DNA of 53,217 nucleotides, filler included, from Perkinsus olseni (Eukaryota): NCBI GenBank assembly GCA_013115125.1. It is 2 parts of 2 records of this genome, joined end to end, with 100 filler letters (N's around TTAATTAATTAA, not from the genome) between each part and the next. Parts side by side here need not be neighbours in the genome. Positions count along the whole stretch, not along the records: positions 1 to 26,580 come from JABANN010000477.1; positions 26,681 to 53,217 come from JABANN010000478.1. One strand, 5' to 3'. Shown piece by piece: positions 23,554 to 33,890 of this stretch (position 1 is its first letter; each line of letters starts with the position of its first letter). The notes under the pieces were generated by a model. It saw only the letters and a program-made list of their open reading frames with translations, ran no database searches and was not told where the DNA came from. The position numbers and the translations under genes were made by a program.

Positions 23554-26161
23554 ATGCCCTACTCGTCTCTATCATCGCTCATATCAAGACGTAGCCCCTA
23601 CAAAGCCAAGCAAGCGTCCTATGCTCTCAGTGACAGAATCAAGAAGGCCACGACGGTTGACCAGCTGGTTCGGATACTCCGGACCCTCAGGGTGAGTCTC
23701 GACCTCCCTGCCTTGCTGTCACAGGTCTTCGTCGCAGGCAAGCGCCATCGAGAGTGACAGCCTCATGGCCGATCTCATGACAACTCAGAATCGACTGGAC
23801 TGGTTGACTAGGGCTGCTTTCTTTGGTGGCTGGAGATACGGCTATGATAGGATACCGGAGGAAATTCGGAGTATCTTGAAATCTGTTTTTAACCGTCTTC
23901 AACCTCGCTGATATCAGGTCAGATCTTCAAGCCTCTGGAGCCGGACGACTTGGCCCCAGTCCAACTACGGCAGTACCTAGCGGCTGTCGTTAAGCTCGTT
24001 GTCTCCTCTTCCGTTCCGCTGCCCTCGGCGACGGCCGTCCACGCAGCCGCGGCGGAGGGCAGCCTGACTGAGGTCGCTCAGCTGTTGAAAGCTTGTGTGA
24101 GGGCGGGCGTTGACGCTGGACTGATACTACAAGAAGCTTATAGGCGTATCTTGGAGCTGAGCATGCTTGGTACAGAGTAGGTCAACCACACCGTGCCTAG
24201 CGAAGAATTCTGTGATGGTCAGGTCCTTGCGTTCCCTCGGTTCAACAGCCTGGGCGGCGGCGCAGATGGAAGTACACCACCCAAAGCATCCCACCCCTGC
24301 GCTGGTCTTGCCACACATCGCCGGGCTCCTCACCTGCAGGCTCTCCGACCCTGCCCTCAAGCTCAGCCTCCCGGTGGCCTCTGAGATCCTCTGGTCCTTT
24401 GCCACTTCTCCTTCCGTCCCCCCTTCCCTCGGTCGGCAAGTCGCCCAGGCCGCGCAGGCCTCGATTCTGAAAGATTTCTCGGGTGACGGCAGCCCTCGGG
24501 AGCTTGCTACGATTATGTGGTCCCTCGCCAGACTTGATGCTGTGGGGGAGCTGTTTTCCCTGTGTGAGTCTACTTTATCGGAGATGCCCGTTGAGAGCTT
24601 CTCGCCTGCAGTCATCACTATGGCGTGTTCGGCTTTGGGAAGAGCCCGGCGTGTCCCTCCCCCTCCTGCCCTTTGGCCGCCTCACTGTGCTGACTTGACC
24701 GCCACCCAGCTGGCGACGGTCGTCAGAGCATCTGCTGTATTGGGCTGGTCAGATTCCATCCAAACTGCGGTGAGGACTGCGTTGTCCGACCTCCCGCTTT
24801 ACGAGGCTCTTCCACTGCTCCTGGCCCTTAGCGCCGCACCAGCTGCTCGGGATCTGCTTGTCGTCGCCCTCGATGAGTCCTTGCCGGACAGTCTGGACGC
24901 GTGGCCGCCGTCAGCTGCCGTTGATCTCGTGACTATCCTCAGTCGGTCCCCAAACCATCGGGTGAGGATGTTCGAGGCGTGCGAGCTGGTCAGACTCAGT
25001 AAGCTTTCCGCTCACGAGTGTTGTTCTCTTCTCGCTGCTCTGGCGAGCTCAGGCGTCTACGATGGTCGGGTGGTGGAGGGGGTGCTGAGACAGGTCGAGG
25101 GTCGCCTCCATAAGGACCTGTCCTCATCACACAAAGCGGCTCTGATGAAGGCCTACGCGACGCTACTGCCATCCGCTATCGGTGACATATGGGAGCGCAT
25201 CGCCAGCTCAAGTGACTTAGCCGATTCAAGGCTGGTGGCTACGGCCTGCTGGGCCCTTGGGAATCGGTCCCTGCCAACAGCACATCACCTGAGGACCCTT
25301 TCGCCGTGCGCGTGCCGGGCTATGAAGGACCTTGATGGTGTTGAAGTTGCCAACGTTGCGAGAGCATTCGCCAAGCATAGAGTGAGAGATAAGGGGTTGA
25401 TGGAAGCCATCGTGGAGGCCGTGCGAGGATGCCCTCCTCGGATGGACGATCGGGCGCGTTGCTCGATATTGTGGTCGTTGCGAAGACTCGGTGGGCTCAC
25501 GGAAGATACGCTGACCTTTTTGTTGAACACCATGGGCGACCTAAGATACCTAGCTGCGCAGGAACTGGTTGCCCTGGCGAATGCCACGCATTCGATGTCC
25601 GCGGTGTGTCCAAAATACGATGATATACGAACAAGGATGGAGGAGCTTCTTGATGAATTAGCAATAGCTGTGAAATCGGGGGACATATCCAAGGTTGAAG
25701 CTTGCAAGATATGCAATGTCGGCCCGGCGTTCGTTGGCGAGCTGTTGCGAAGGTTGAAGATTTCCTATGAGATAACCGCCTTGCATGAGACCCCTGAGCA
25801 GCACATCGGAGTCGCTGACACTCAAGTGACTTTGACTTTCTCTGATCAATTCAGCCAAACCACGGTGTTGTCCTTTCCGAGCGGCTCTGATTGCAGCAGA
25901 CCCACCGCGTACGAGGACGAAGTTGACTCGCCGTCGAAGGGTTTCGGTGGTCACGACAGATCTCATCACGGCGAGTTGAAGGCCCTCCGGCATTTGGTTG
26001 GCGTCATTGGTGGTGAGAACTTCTCACAGCTTACTGGTGATGTTGTTATAGACATCAATAGCCAACATCCATGCGTTTCATGTATCGCTGGTATATGGCG
26101 GACGAGCAATGTGCTCTGTCCGAATGTGACGATTACAGTCAAGTTTCCGCTAATTGACTAG
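23554..26161 (+). CDS. Helical-repeat (~37 aa, HPR-like) protein fused to a C-terminal zinc-dependent deaminase domain
   Basis: Short 5' exons from ATG 23554 lead into ORF 24167-26161. The repeats have 37-aa spacing. The C-terminus has HDRSHHGELKAL (HxE at 25967-25975) and GDVVIDINSQHPCVSC (PCxxC at 26069-26083). Confidence 0.85.
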
Positions 26162-26580
26162 TTTCGGATCAAAAACGATAGAGTTGCGTTACTAGTATCT
26201 TCTTTGTGGCGACTCGCCACTGGCGAGCACTGGCAAAATAACGAAGGGTTGAAAAACTAACCCAGCGGCTAGCGAAAATGGCATGAGCCAACACGCAGAT
26301 AATGCTTCAGCCTCTAGTTAGTTAGCGGAGAGAATCGCAGCGATAGTAAAAACACGCAGGACGAGAGTGTGTGCGTGCGCAAGCATTGTGACATCATGAG
26401 ACCGCACAGCGAAGAAACGCCGTCGCTGTTCACGCGTTCCAAGACGCGGTACTGCAAGATGAGTGGCGAATTACGCAGCACTGCGGCGCTCATCCTGTCA
26501 GATTTTCTTAAAGCATCGTTGCACACGATCGCACATTCACCCGCCGTCGATGTCCCTGAAGCTGCTGTCCCATGCACAGC

Positions 26581-26680
26581 NNNNNNNNNNNNNNNNNNNN
26601 NNNNNNNNNNNNNNNNNNNNNNNNTTAATTAATTAANNNNNNNNNNNNNNNNNNNNNNNNNNNNNNNNNNNNNNNNNNNN
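26581..26680. other. Assembly gap with synthetic six-frame-stop linker TTAATTAATTAA (26625-26636)
   Basis: About 44 N on each side of TTAATTAATTAA, a contig-joining spacer rather than biological sequence. Confidence 0.95.
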
Positions 26681-27281
26681 CGACCCCAGCAGATACCGCG
26701 GCCCGATGTCCTTCGTACCCCTCAAGGATGGGTATAATACTTGGACAGTCGGGTTGAAGAGCATCCAAGTTGTGGGCAACGCCACTCCCATACCGCTGAC
26801 ACCGAATATGCCGATATTGGTCGACAGCGGGGCCACATACTTTTACTTGCCAAGAAGAGTACTTGAAGCACTGATGGTGGCCGTCAAATCAACTATCGAC
26901 CCGACTGGAAGGCGCGTCGCTTTGAAAGAGGCTCAAGGCGAACCTCCTGTGCTGCGCAATTGCGCAGACCGTGAGTATCTTCCACCGCTCCAGGTTGCCT
27001 TCACTTCGCAAGATGGTAGCAATGTAACCGTTGTCATACCGCAGGAGGTTTACGTGCAAGTCTACGATACTGATGCTGGACAGCTGTGTGCCCTGCTCCT
27101 GCGGGAGTCCTCGCAAGGTGAAGAAGACATCTCCATCGGGCAGAATCTCCTCCGCCGATATTATCTCTACTTCCAATACGACCAGAGACGAATCGGCTTT
27201 GCTGATACGATGAAGGTGCCCTCCAAACCCAAGGGAAGGATCGCTGCCTTTCAGAAGCGTAGAGCTGTGCGTCCAATGTGA
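26681..27281 (+). CDS. Pepsin-like (A1) aspartic protease, C-terminal lobe only (5' lost in gap)
   Basis: TWTVGLKSIQV, ILVDSGATYFYLP (second catalytic DSG), LPPLQVAF and ISIGQNLLRRYYLYFQYDQRRIGFA. Confidence 0.9.
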
Positions 27282-28744
27282 TCACAAAAGGGATGAAGCC
27301 TACGAGTTCGCCTCGGTGACAGGTGACCCCGTTGTTCTCTCAAACGTGCATGCTGCCAGCTGTCTGTTTGCTGTTATGCGCATCGTCGTTCATTTCATGT
27401 TGCTACTGAGTCGGTGCACTGAAGAAGGGCTGGTGTCGTTGACAGTCTATTAATGCTAGCGTTCATTTCGGATGAGTACTGATAACGTCGTGGCTTGAGC
27501 TGGGTGACCTATCCCTCATCCGAGCTTTCTCACTGCTAGAGGCGCCTCATTCAAGCACTAATTACTCAAGGTGAAAATGAATATGAAATCTTTGCCCACT
27601 TTCAAGTTCAACTTGGGTTTATGGACAGTAGTGCATGGCGAGTTAGATAGAGCAACACGAAGTGTTATGGAGTACAAATATGACAGCGGATGATATTCTG
27701 CTGTTTGAGACGTGGGTGCGTCATTTTGGCGAGCGAAAACTCCTCTCAGTGAGCTGCGGAAGCAGAGGATTGAATCCATTTGTAGCAGATACTGTGTCTG
27801 CCTGGAGTTGACTGATCGATGTTTTTCCTTCTAATAGGGGCAGTTGTTACGATCCCTGGGGAGGATAAAATAAGCGAGAATATTTGTACAGTCCGAATAG
27901 CCTATCGCCACAGTCGCCACAGTCACGGGTCTGAGCGTCACAGCATGCGTGGAACTAATGGCCAGAGCGCGCACAAGAGTCCTGCAATGGGCTGACACCT
28001 GCCGCTAGCTGAGACCGACAGAGTTGTGTGCCAAACACAAAATAGGGGACGAGCAAGGTGAGGTAACGACTCCGGCTCGAACTGTACCTCCAAGCACACG
28101 AGCTTTCCAGGAGATTCCTTGAAGGACTGTATAGAGAAGAGATCAGATCGAAACTCGTCGAGGCGGACGAGAAAATGGGGTTGCGGGGTTCTACATGACC
28201 CATACTGTACAACACAACTGGTGTATACTTTTGACACCCGTTTCACACAAGGCATATCACTCATGATCGCTTAACCCGTAAAGGGGGTTGGCTTACTCCG
28301 CCGAAGTAAGCTGCTCCTGTCTGGGAACGAGGGGTCCATGATTGGACCAAACTGCTTCGTGATGGCCAGGAAACGACATCTGCGGGGCGATGGTTCATCG
28401 ACACGAGCTTGGCCTAACAACGGAATGCTAGACCGCAGTAGAGGCCATTGCTGCTGCTACCCTCTCAATGCCGTCGAAAGAACGGATGTCAATGGAGCTG
28501 CGGGGCGGTATAGTGTAAGCTGGTATCGAGCTGCTCTCTACGTGAGCATTCATCGTCCTTGGGCTGACGGTATCGGCTGAAGTCAGACGTCATCCCACGG
28601 CCGACCCTCCGCCCGTGCCTACCCATCGGGGCTGACTCCCATGGACCAGGACTGGCCCGACTGGTCCTCGGCGTATTCGGATGGGTCCTACTGGTCCTCG
28701 GAGTGGTTGTTTCGGTTTGGAGTGGTATACCTGCTCCTAGCTCA

Positions 28745-29930
28745 TCACCGCAAAGCAGCACTTTTCTTCAGCCCCACCCTCAGACCGTTGCACCGGCGAT
28801 GCCCTCTGGAATGGCGATGTAGGTCCCTCAGCACTCTGACAGTATGTACGACGATCGGCCGAGCAAGAGGCTGTCTGAGACCTACCCTCCGTTGTAAATT
28901 ATCGTCACTCTTCTGGCAACCCTCCGCACAGTGCTCACGAAATTCCCGGCGTAGATCGTCGAGTTCCTGTGATGACGCGCCTTCGCAAGAGCAGCGCCCG
29001 ACAGGCCTTACTGCTCGGAGCTGCTGCACCTCCTCCTTCGCCCCCGTCGCCTCCTCGTGGCGCTCCTCCCGCAGCATCTTGATCTCCCTATTCATGCCGG
29101 ACAGGATCTCTACCAGGGACGCCACCTCCTCCCTCACACTCTGAGCACCCGACCATTCGCCAACAGATCGTCGACGCAGCCGGCGCTCACATCTTCGAAC
29201 TTGTTGCGAGACTTCTTCAGAGCAGCAATGTCCTTGCTGGCCATCTCCAGGGCCTTGTAGGCGGCCTCGAACTGTTGCTGCCAAGTAGTGCTTACTGTGT
29301 TGAGGTCCCGCCTCAGGAGGTCGACGGCGGTGCGTTGGCTAACCCCATAGGAAGCAGCGTGCGGGTTGAAGAGGGCGCGGGTGACTACATCTTGGCCTCC
29401 CGTCCGCACTGCCTCACTGCAGCTGCGGTGTCTCTCTTCTCCTCCTCGCTCGAAGCACGGAAATACGACAACCACTGTGCGAAGGCTAGGACCTGCCGAG
29501 CTCAACTATCACAACACCAATGGAGGGTGCTGTACCCACCGTGGGGTCCATGCTGCCTCCCCTCTCGCCCGCCCTTGTCGGGGAAGTCGAAGGACGCTCC
29601 TTGATAGGGGCTGAGAAGAGGCCAACCTGCAAAGCAACTCCAAGTGGCCACCGTACGTGGTCGTGCTTGTCCTGCTGTGCCTGCCTCCTCGTCAGAGATA
29701 TCATCGTCTGCTAACAGCTGCACGGGCGAGCGAGGAGCCCTTCGAGTGTCCACCTCCTCGGACGCTGTATTATCGAGTCTAGCTTGTTCGGAGTTGCTGT
29801 TCTTCCTGAAGGAACAACGCTCCCACCAATGCAGAGCTTCCGTAGCGCCTACGCTTTGGCGATCGAGGACCTAGTTGGCTTGCTGAGGTTGGAGCTCATC
29901 AGAGGCGCAATACTAGGCTACAGATGGCAT
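28745..29930 (-). CDS. Hypothetical coiled-coil protein, multi-exon
   Basis: Consecutive coding-like frames (LRRDLNTV...QQQFEAAYKALEMASKDIAALKKSRNKFED; VREEVASLVEILSGMNREIKMLREE) are separated by short introns. No family was recognised. Confidence 0.4.
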
Positions 29931-30073
29931 GCAGGCACGCAAAAACAACAACGCAAAATCAGCAGAAGTAGAATGCCGAAATCCAGAAGGGCGCCCGGAT
30001 GGGGACGGCCTATGTTCTGCACAGGGCTATAAAACGATTTGGTTGATGAATGGGGGAAGGCCCAGCGTCGGGC

Positions 30074-32113
30074 CTAGGGGCCTGGCCCGTCGATTTCTTC
30101 TGCATTTTCACAACGACGGTTACTATGGTGGTGATGATGATGATGCCGCGGCTTCTCGGGGGGCCACGCCAACACTCGCTTCACTTCCCTTATGTTGGCA
30201 TCGAGCTCCTGAGGAATCGGGCGTACGTGAGGCGAGAGGGGGGAGGGGCTGACCTGGGCGAGCTTCTCGTTGATGAGGAGCGCCCATCTGCTGCCGTCTT
30301 TGACGTTCTGGTTCAGGTCGATGAGTATTGTACGATTACGATTGATCAAGTTCTGTACGTAGCAGACTCGCTCCCGATGATCTGATTTCTGAAGGTTGAC
30401 TCTGGTAAATCACAGAATTTAAGATACGCCCGATTACCCATTGCTTGAAGCGAGGTTCATCAGGATACGCCGCATGACGATGTTTGTCACAGTAGGCCCG
30501 CAGGGGAAGGACGACGTCCCCTTCCTCTTCATCCTCGATGCCATCAGCTTCCGCTAACAGACGACCGATTCCGCCGTGACCACGCTTCAACCTAAGATAC
30601 TTCTCGGCGAAGTGGATGCCTACCTACTAGGTCGAGGCCGTAGATCATGGCCCGTGCGCATGGGATGTGGAAGCCTCGGTAGCAGTCCTCAGTCGAGCAC
30701 TGCAGGACAGCTCCGATGTTGGGCAGATGGCAGACGTCGCAGGCCGCCTTGAATCTGCTAACAATTGACGATAATTTTCCATCTACTACACTACCGAGGG
30801 GAGTAATTGTAAATCCCAGCGGCAGTGAAAACGTCGATCAACGATGAAGTTGAACTACTTCGAAAGGGTGCTGATGACGACAGAGAGCGGGGACGGCCAT
30901 ACAGACGCGAGGCAGTCACTCCCCATCCTCAAACGACCGCCCATGAGCCACGCGATTCATCCAAATGCATAGAATGCTGGCCGGCAAAGTGGGGCTACTC
31001 ACCTCTGTTGTAGGTTCCGCATCGAGGCCGCGTCCAACGAGATGTACCTGTGGTGATGGTGATGCGGAAGCCCCCGCGACGGCATCGCCCTCCTGTTGAT
31101 TACCCGTATCTTCCCTCCTGTATGCTGCACTCCGGTATCCACCATGCACAGGCAGCGTGGATCCAGTAGCCTCCGAACCTGCAGCAGCGACAGCAGGAAG
31201 CAGCCGGGTGACGGCCGAAAATATCAAGAAGCAGCTCTGAGCGTACTTGCCGTCCTTAATGCGCAGGAGGGCCCCCGTCCGCCTCGGGCACAACAGACAC
31301 TGCCTCTCCCTCTTCTGCTCCTCAGGACCTGCCCGGGGCGCCCTCGAGCACTACCAACGCCCATCGAGCTCACCTAGGCCGGTCTCCCGGGCGTAGGCGC
31401 AGAAGTCGCAGTACCATTCTCCTGTGGGGACTGGTGATACACTGAGGGGGAGGGGGCCGATCTCGTTGGGAGAAAACGAAAAAGACGCGTACCCGTAGCA
31501 GTTCTGATGCACCGCTGCCTCACAGGCGTCGCAGATGACGATGATGTCCGCGTTGCCTTGCTGAGAAAACCACACTCAGGAGCGACGTCCGCTACGAGCC
31601 TTTCAACCTCGCAGAGCCGTCGTTAATAGAAATTTGGTCGACTGCGCTGTGAGGTAGGACACTCTCGCGAAGGCTCAGCAGGCTGGCTGGCTGACCCCTC
31701 CGCGGACACTTGAAGCTGTCCATCGGTTATTTCCATGATTTTCTGGTGGCTTTGTGCCAAGTAGAGTGCGTGGCGACCCTAGCACTAGTAAGGCCAGGCC
31801 AATGTGCCAAGAAGAAGGAAGAGCTAGGGCAGCACTTCGAAGCGGGTGATGATTGAAACCTACATCATCATCCTGGTCCCCTATGAGACAGACATCGCAG
31901 ACGACACCATCGTCTCTGAGGTCCTCAAGCACTTCCTCTACTGCGTCGTACGCCCTCGCTCCTTGCTGCATGCTGCTGCCCGACTGCTGCTGGGGCCCGA
32001 CAGTCAAGGGAGGGTACTGCTTTTCGAGGATACTACGAGGCCCGACGGGGACGACAACAACACAGCGCTACACACAAGTGAGGAAACTGTTGCCAATCCT
32101 TCCCTGCCGACAT
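30074..32113 (-). CDS. PHD finger / PZP (PHD-Zn knuckle-ePHD) chromatin protein (Jade/BRPF/AF10-like), multi-exon
   Basis: VCDVCL..., IVICDACEAAVHQNCYG, VPTGEWYCDFC, C..CPRRTGAL, RFKAACDVCHLPNIGAVLQCSTEDCYRGFHIPCAR and LRAYCDKH. Both ends are approximate. Confidence 0.85.
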
Positions 32114-32165
32114 CAAGAAAAAACGTAGTAATAGTATAACCGAGAGCGTGCCGTCCGGCCCGAGG

Positions 32166-33710
32166 TTAAACTTTGCCGATCACCCGTGGAGGGACGACCG
32201 ACGACGCTGTCGCATCGGACACGCCCATGAGCTCCCCTCCCACCGCCGCCGTCTCCTCATCCTCAAGTCCATCGTAATACTCGGTTCTGCCGCTCTTAGT
32301 GGCCCCGTAGACAGCCAGTGCGAGGAGTGCAGCTACTGCAGAGCAGACACCGCTCAAGGCGAACACTGCAGCATGCTGGCCCAAGACACCCCACCAAAGG
32401 CCTCCCGTGAGAGACACGATGATCTGAGCCAAGGCCTGAGCTACGGAGAGCATCGACATCCGTAGTGCCGCGGATGCCGTACCAGTACGGGCCAGCAGGG
32501 TGAGGGGTATCGTCAGCTGCGTGGCGTACATCGGCCCTAAAGTGAGGGCCATCCAGGCTACCCCGAATGCCTTGTGGTCGGCTACTCTAGGGAGGGCCAA
32601 TGAGCTTATCAAGAGAGCAGCGAAGAGGAGGAGGGCGACCACCCAGCACAGCGCTATGTCCAGCCCACAGCGTTCCACCAGGGGAAGGACCATCGCAGTG
32701 ACAACTCCCAGAATCATAGAACCGTAAAGACCGTAGGTTGCCGTAGCGTATTTTTCAGTGGACGACATGGCGTGCGGCAAGCCGTCTACGACTAGGAATT
32801 GAACTCCGTGTATCATGAGAGCCGCGACGCCTACGAAGCCTCCGACGGCCGCGAGGAAGACCAAACCCGTGGAAGTGGCAAGGAGGTCTTTGAGGTCACA
32901 GAAAAAGTCGGCTATCCACTTGAAACAAAGACAGCATTTACTGCGTTGTTCGGGCGGCACACCAGTGACCACCTCCGGCAGCATCAGAACAGAATGGGCC
33001 ATCAGAAACTGGAGACAGCCAGAAATGACCGCCAGACTCCGCAGATGCAGGCAGGAGCCCGAGCTGCAGCTGTCGCTACGGAGCAGATCCATCCACCAGG
33101 AGCCCTCATAGTCCAGCACGTACCCTGTAGCGTAGGCCAGGGCCGCACCGAAGACGTAGAAGAGGGTCTGCAGGGAGAAGTAAACACCCATCGACCTCCG
33201 AGGGACCGTGTCTGTGACCAGGGCCCGCAGCATGAGTAGGTGCATGTTGTTACCTATAAAAAGAAGGGCGAAACCTACAGCTAGGTAAACGACAGGATTG
33301 CCGGGCAGCTCGGACCCTAAACTCAGTACGGCTACTGAGACGAGACCAAAAACGTAGCCCATCAGCAAGAAAGGCTTCCGTCGGCCACCGAAGCGACTCC
33401 ACGTGGACCGATCGCTCCAGACAGCAGCACAGGGTTGGACTAAAATCGCTGCCACCGGGGACACCAACCACGCGTATCCTACCACCCAACTCGGTAGATT
33501 CGCCTGGAGCAGTGCTGGGGTCAAGAGAAGGATTGCCAGGGCCTCGGAGAAGCCCACGGGAAGAGTACCCATCACCAGTCGGAGTCCGAAACAGCGGCCT
33601 CTGGAGGCGTCGTCCGGCACAGCAGGACCACTTGGCACAGCACCAGCGGCATGGTCGATGGTTGTGTAGCGGCCAACGCTGTCTTCTGCACGCTTTGAAT
33701 GGGGTGACAT
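32166..33710 (-). CDS. MFS transporter, sucrose/SLC45 (GPH)-like
   Basis: Intronless 514-aa ORF with ~12 hydrophobic segments. It contains WLVSPVAAILVQP...WSDRSTWSRFGGRRKPFLL and RALVTD, typical of SUC/SLC45. Confidence 0.88.
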   Translation of the reverse strand: MSPHSKRAEDSVGRYTTIDHAAGAVPSGPAVPDDASRGRCFGLRLVMGTLPVGFSEALAILLLTPALLQANLPSWVVGYAWLVSPVAAILVQPCAAVWSDRSTWSRFGGRRKPFLLMGYVFGLVSVAVLSLGSELPGNPVVYLAVGFALLFIGNNMHLLMLRALVTDTVPRRSMGVYFSLQTLFYVFGAALAYATGYVLDYEGSWWMDLLRSDSCSSGSCLHLRSLAVISGCLQFLMAHSVLMLPEVVTGVPPEQRSKCCLCFKWIADFFCDLKDLLATSTGLVFLAAVGGFVGVAALMIHGVQFLVVDGLPHAMSSTEKYATATYGLYGSMILGVVTAMVLPLVERCGLDIALCWVVALLLFAALLISSLALPRVADHKAFGVAWMALTLGPMYATQLTIPLTLLARTGTASAALRMSMLSVAQALAQIIVSLTGGLWWGVLGQHAAVFALSGVCSAVAALLALAVYGATKSGRTEYYDGLEDEETAAVGGELMGVSDATASSVVPPRVIGKV

Positions 33711-33890
33711 AAGGGGACACTACCCTATCCACGTGGCCAAAACCCTCATCGTACGGTGAGCTAACCAACTCAAGAAAAGTTGTACACTAGAACTAGATCA
33801 GGGATGCTGTAATGAACGTTTTCCGAGCGGTCACTCGATACGAGAAACCACTCCGAAGGAGAAGGAGAAGGGAGACGATACTCAGTATTT

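Noticed and set aside
26625-26636. Perfect palindrome TTAATTAATTAA within N's
   Set aside because: It is an artificial contig linker, and true adjacency or distance across it cannot be assumed.
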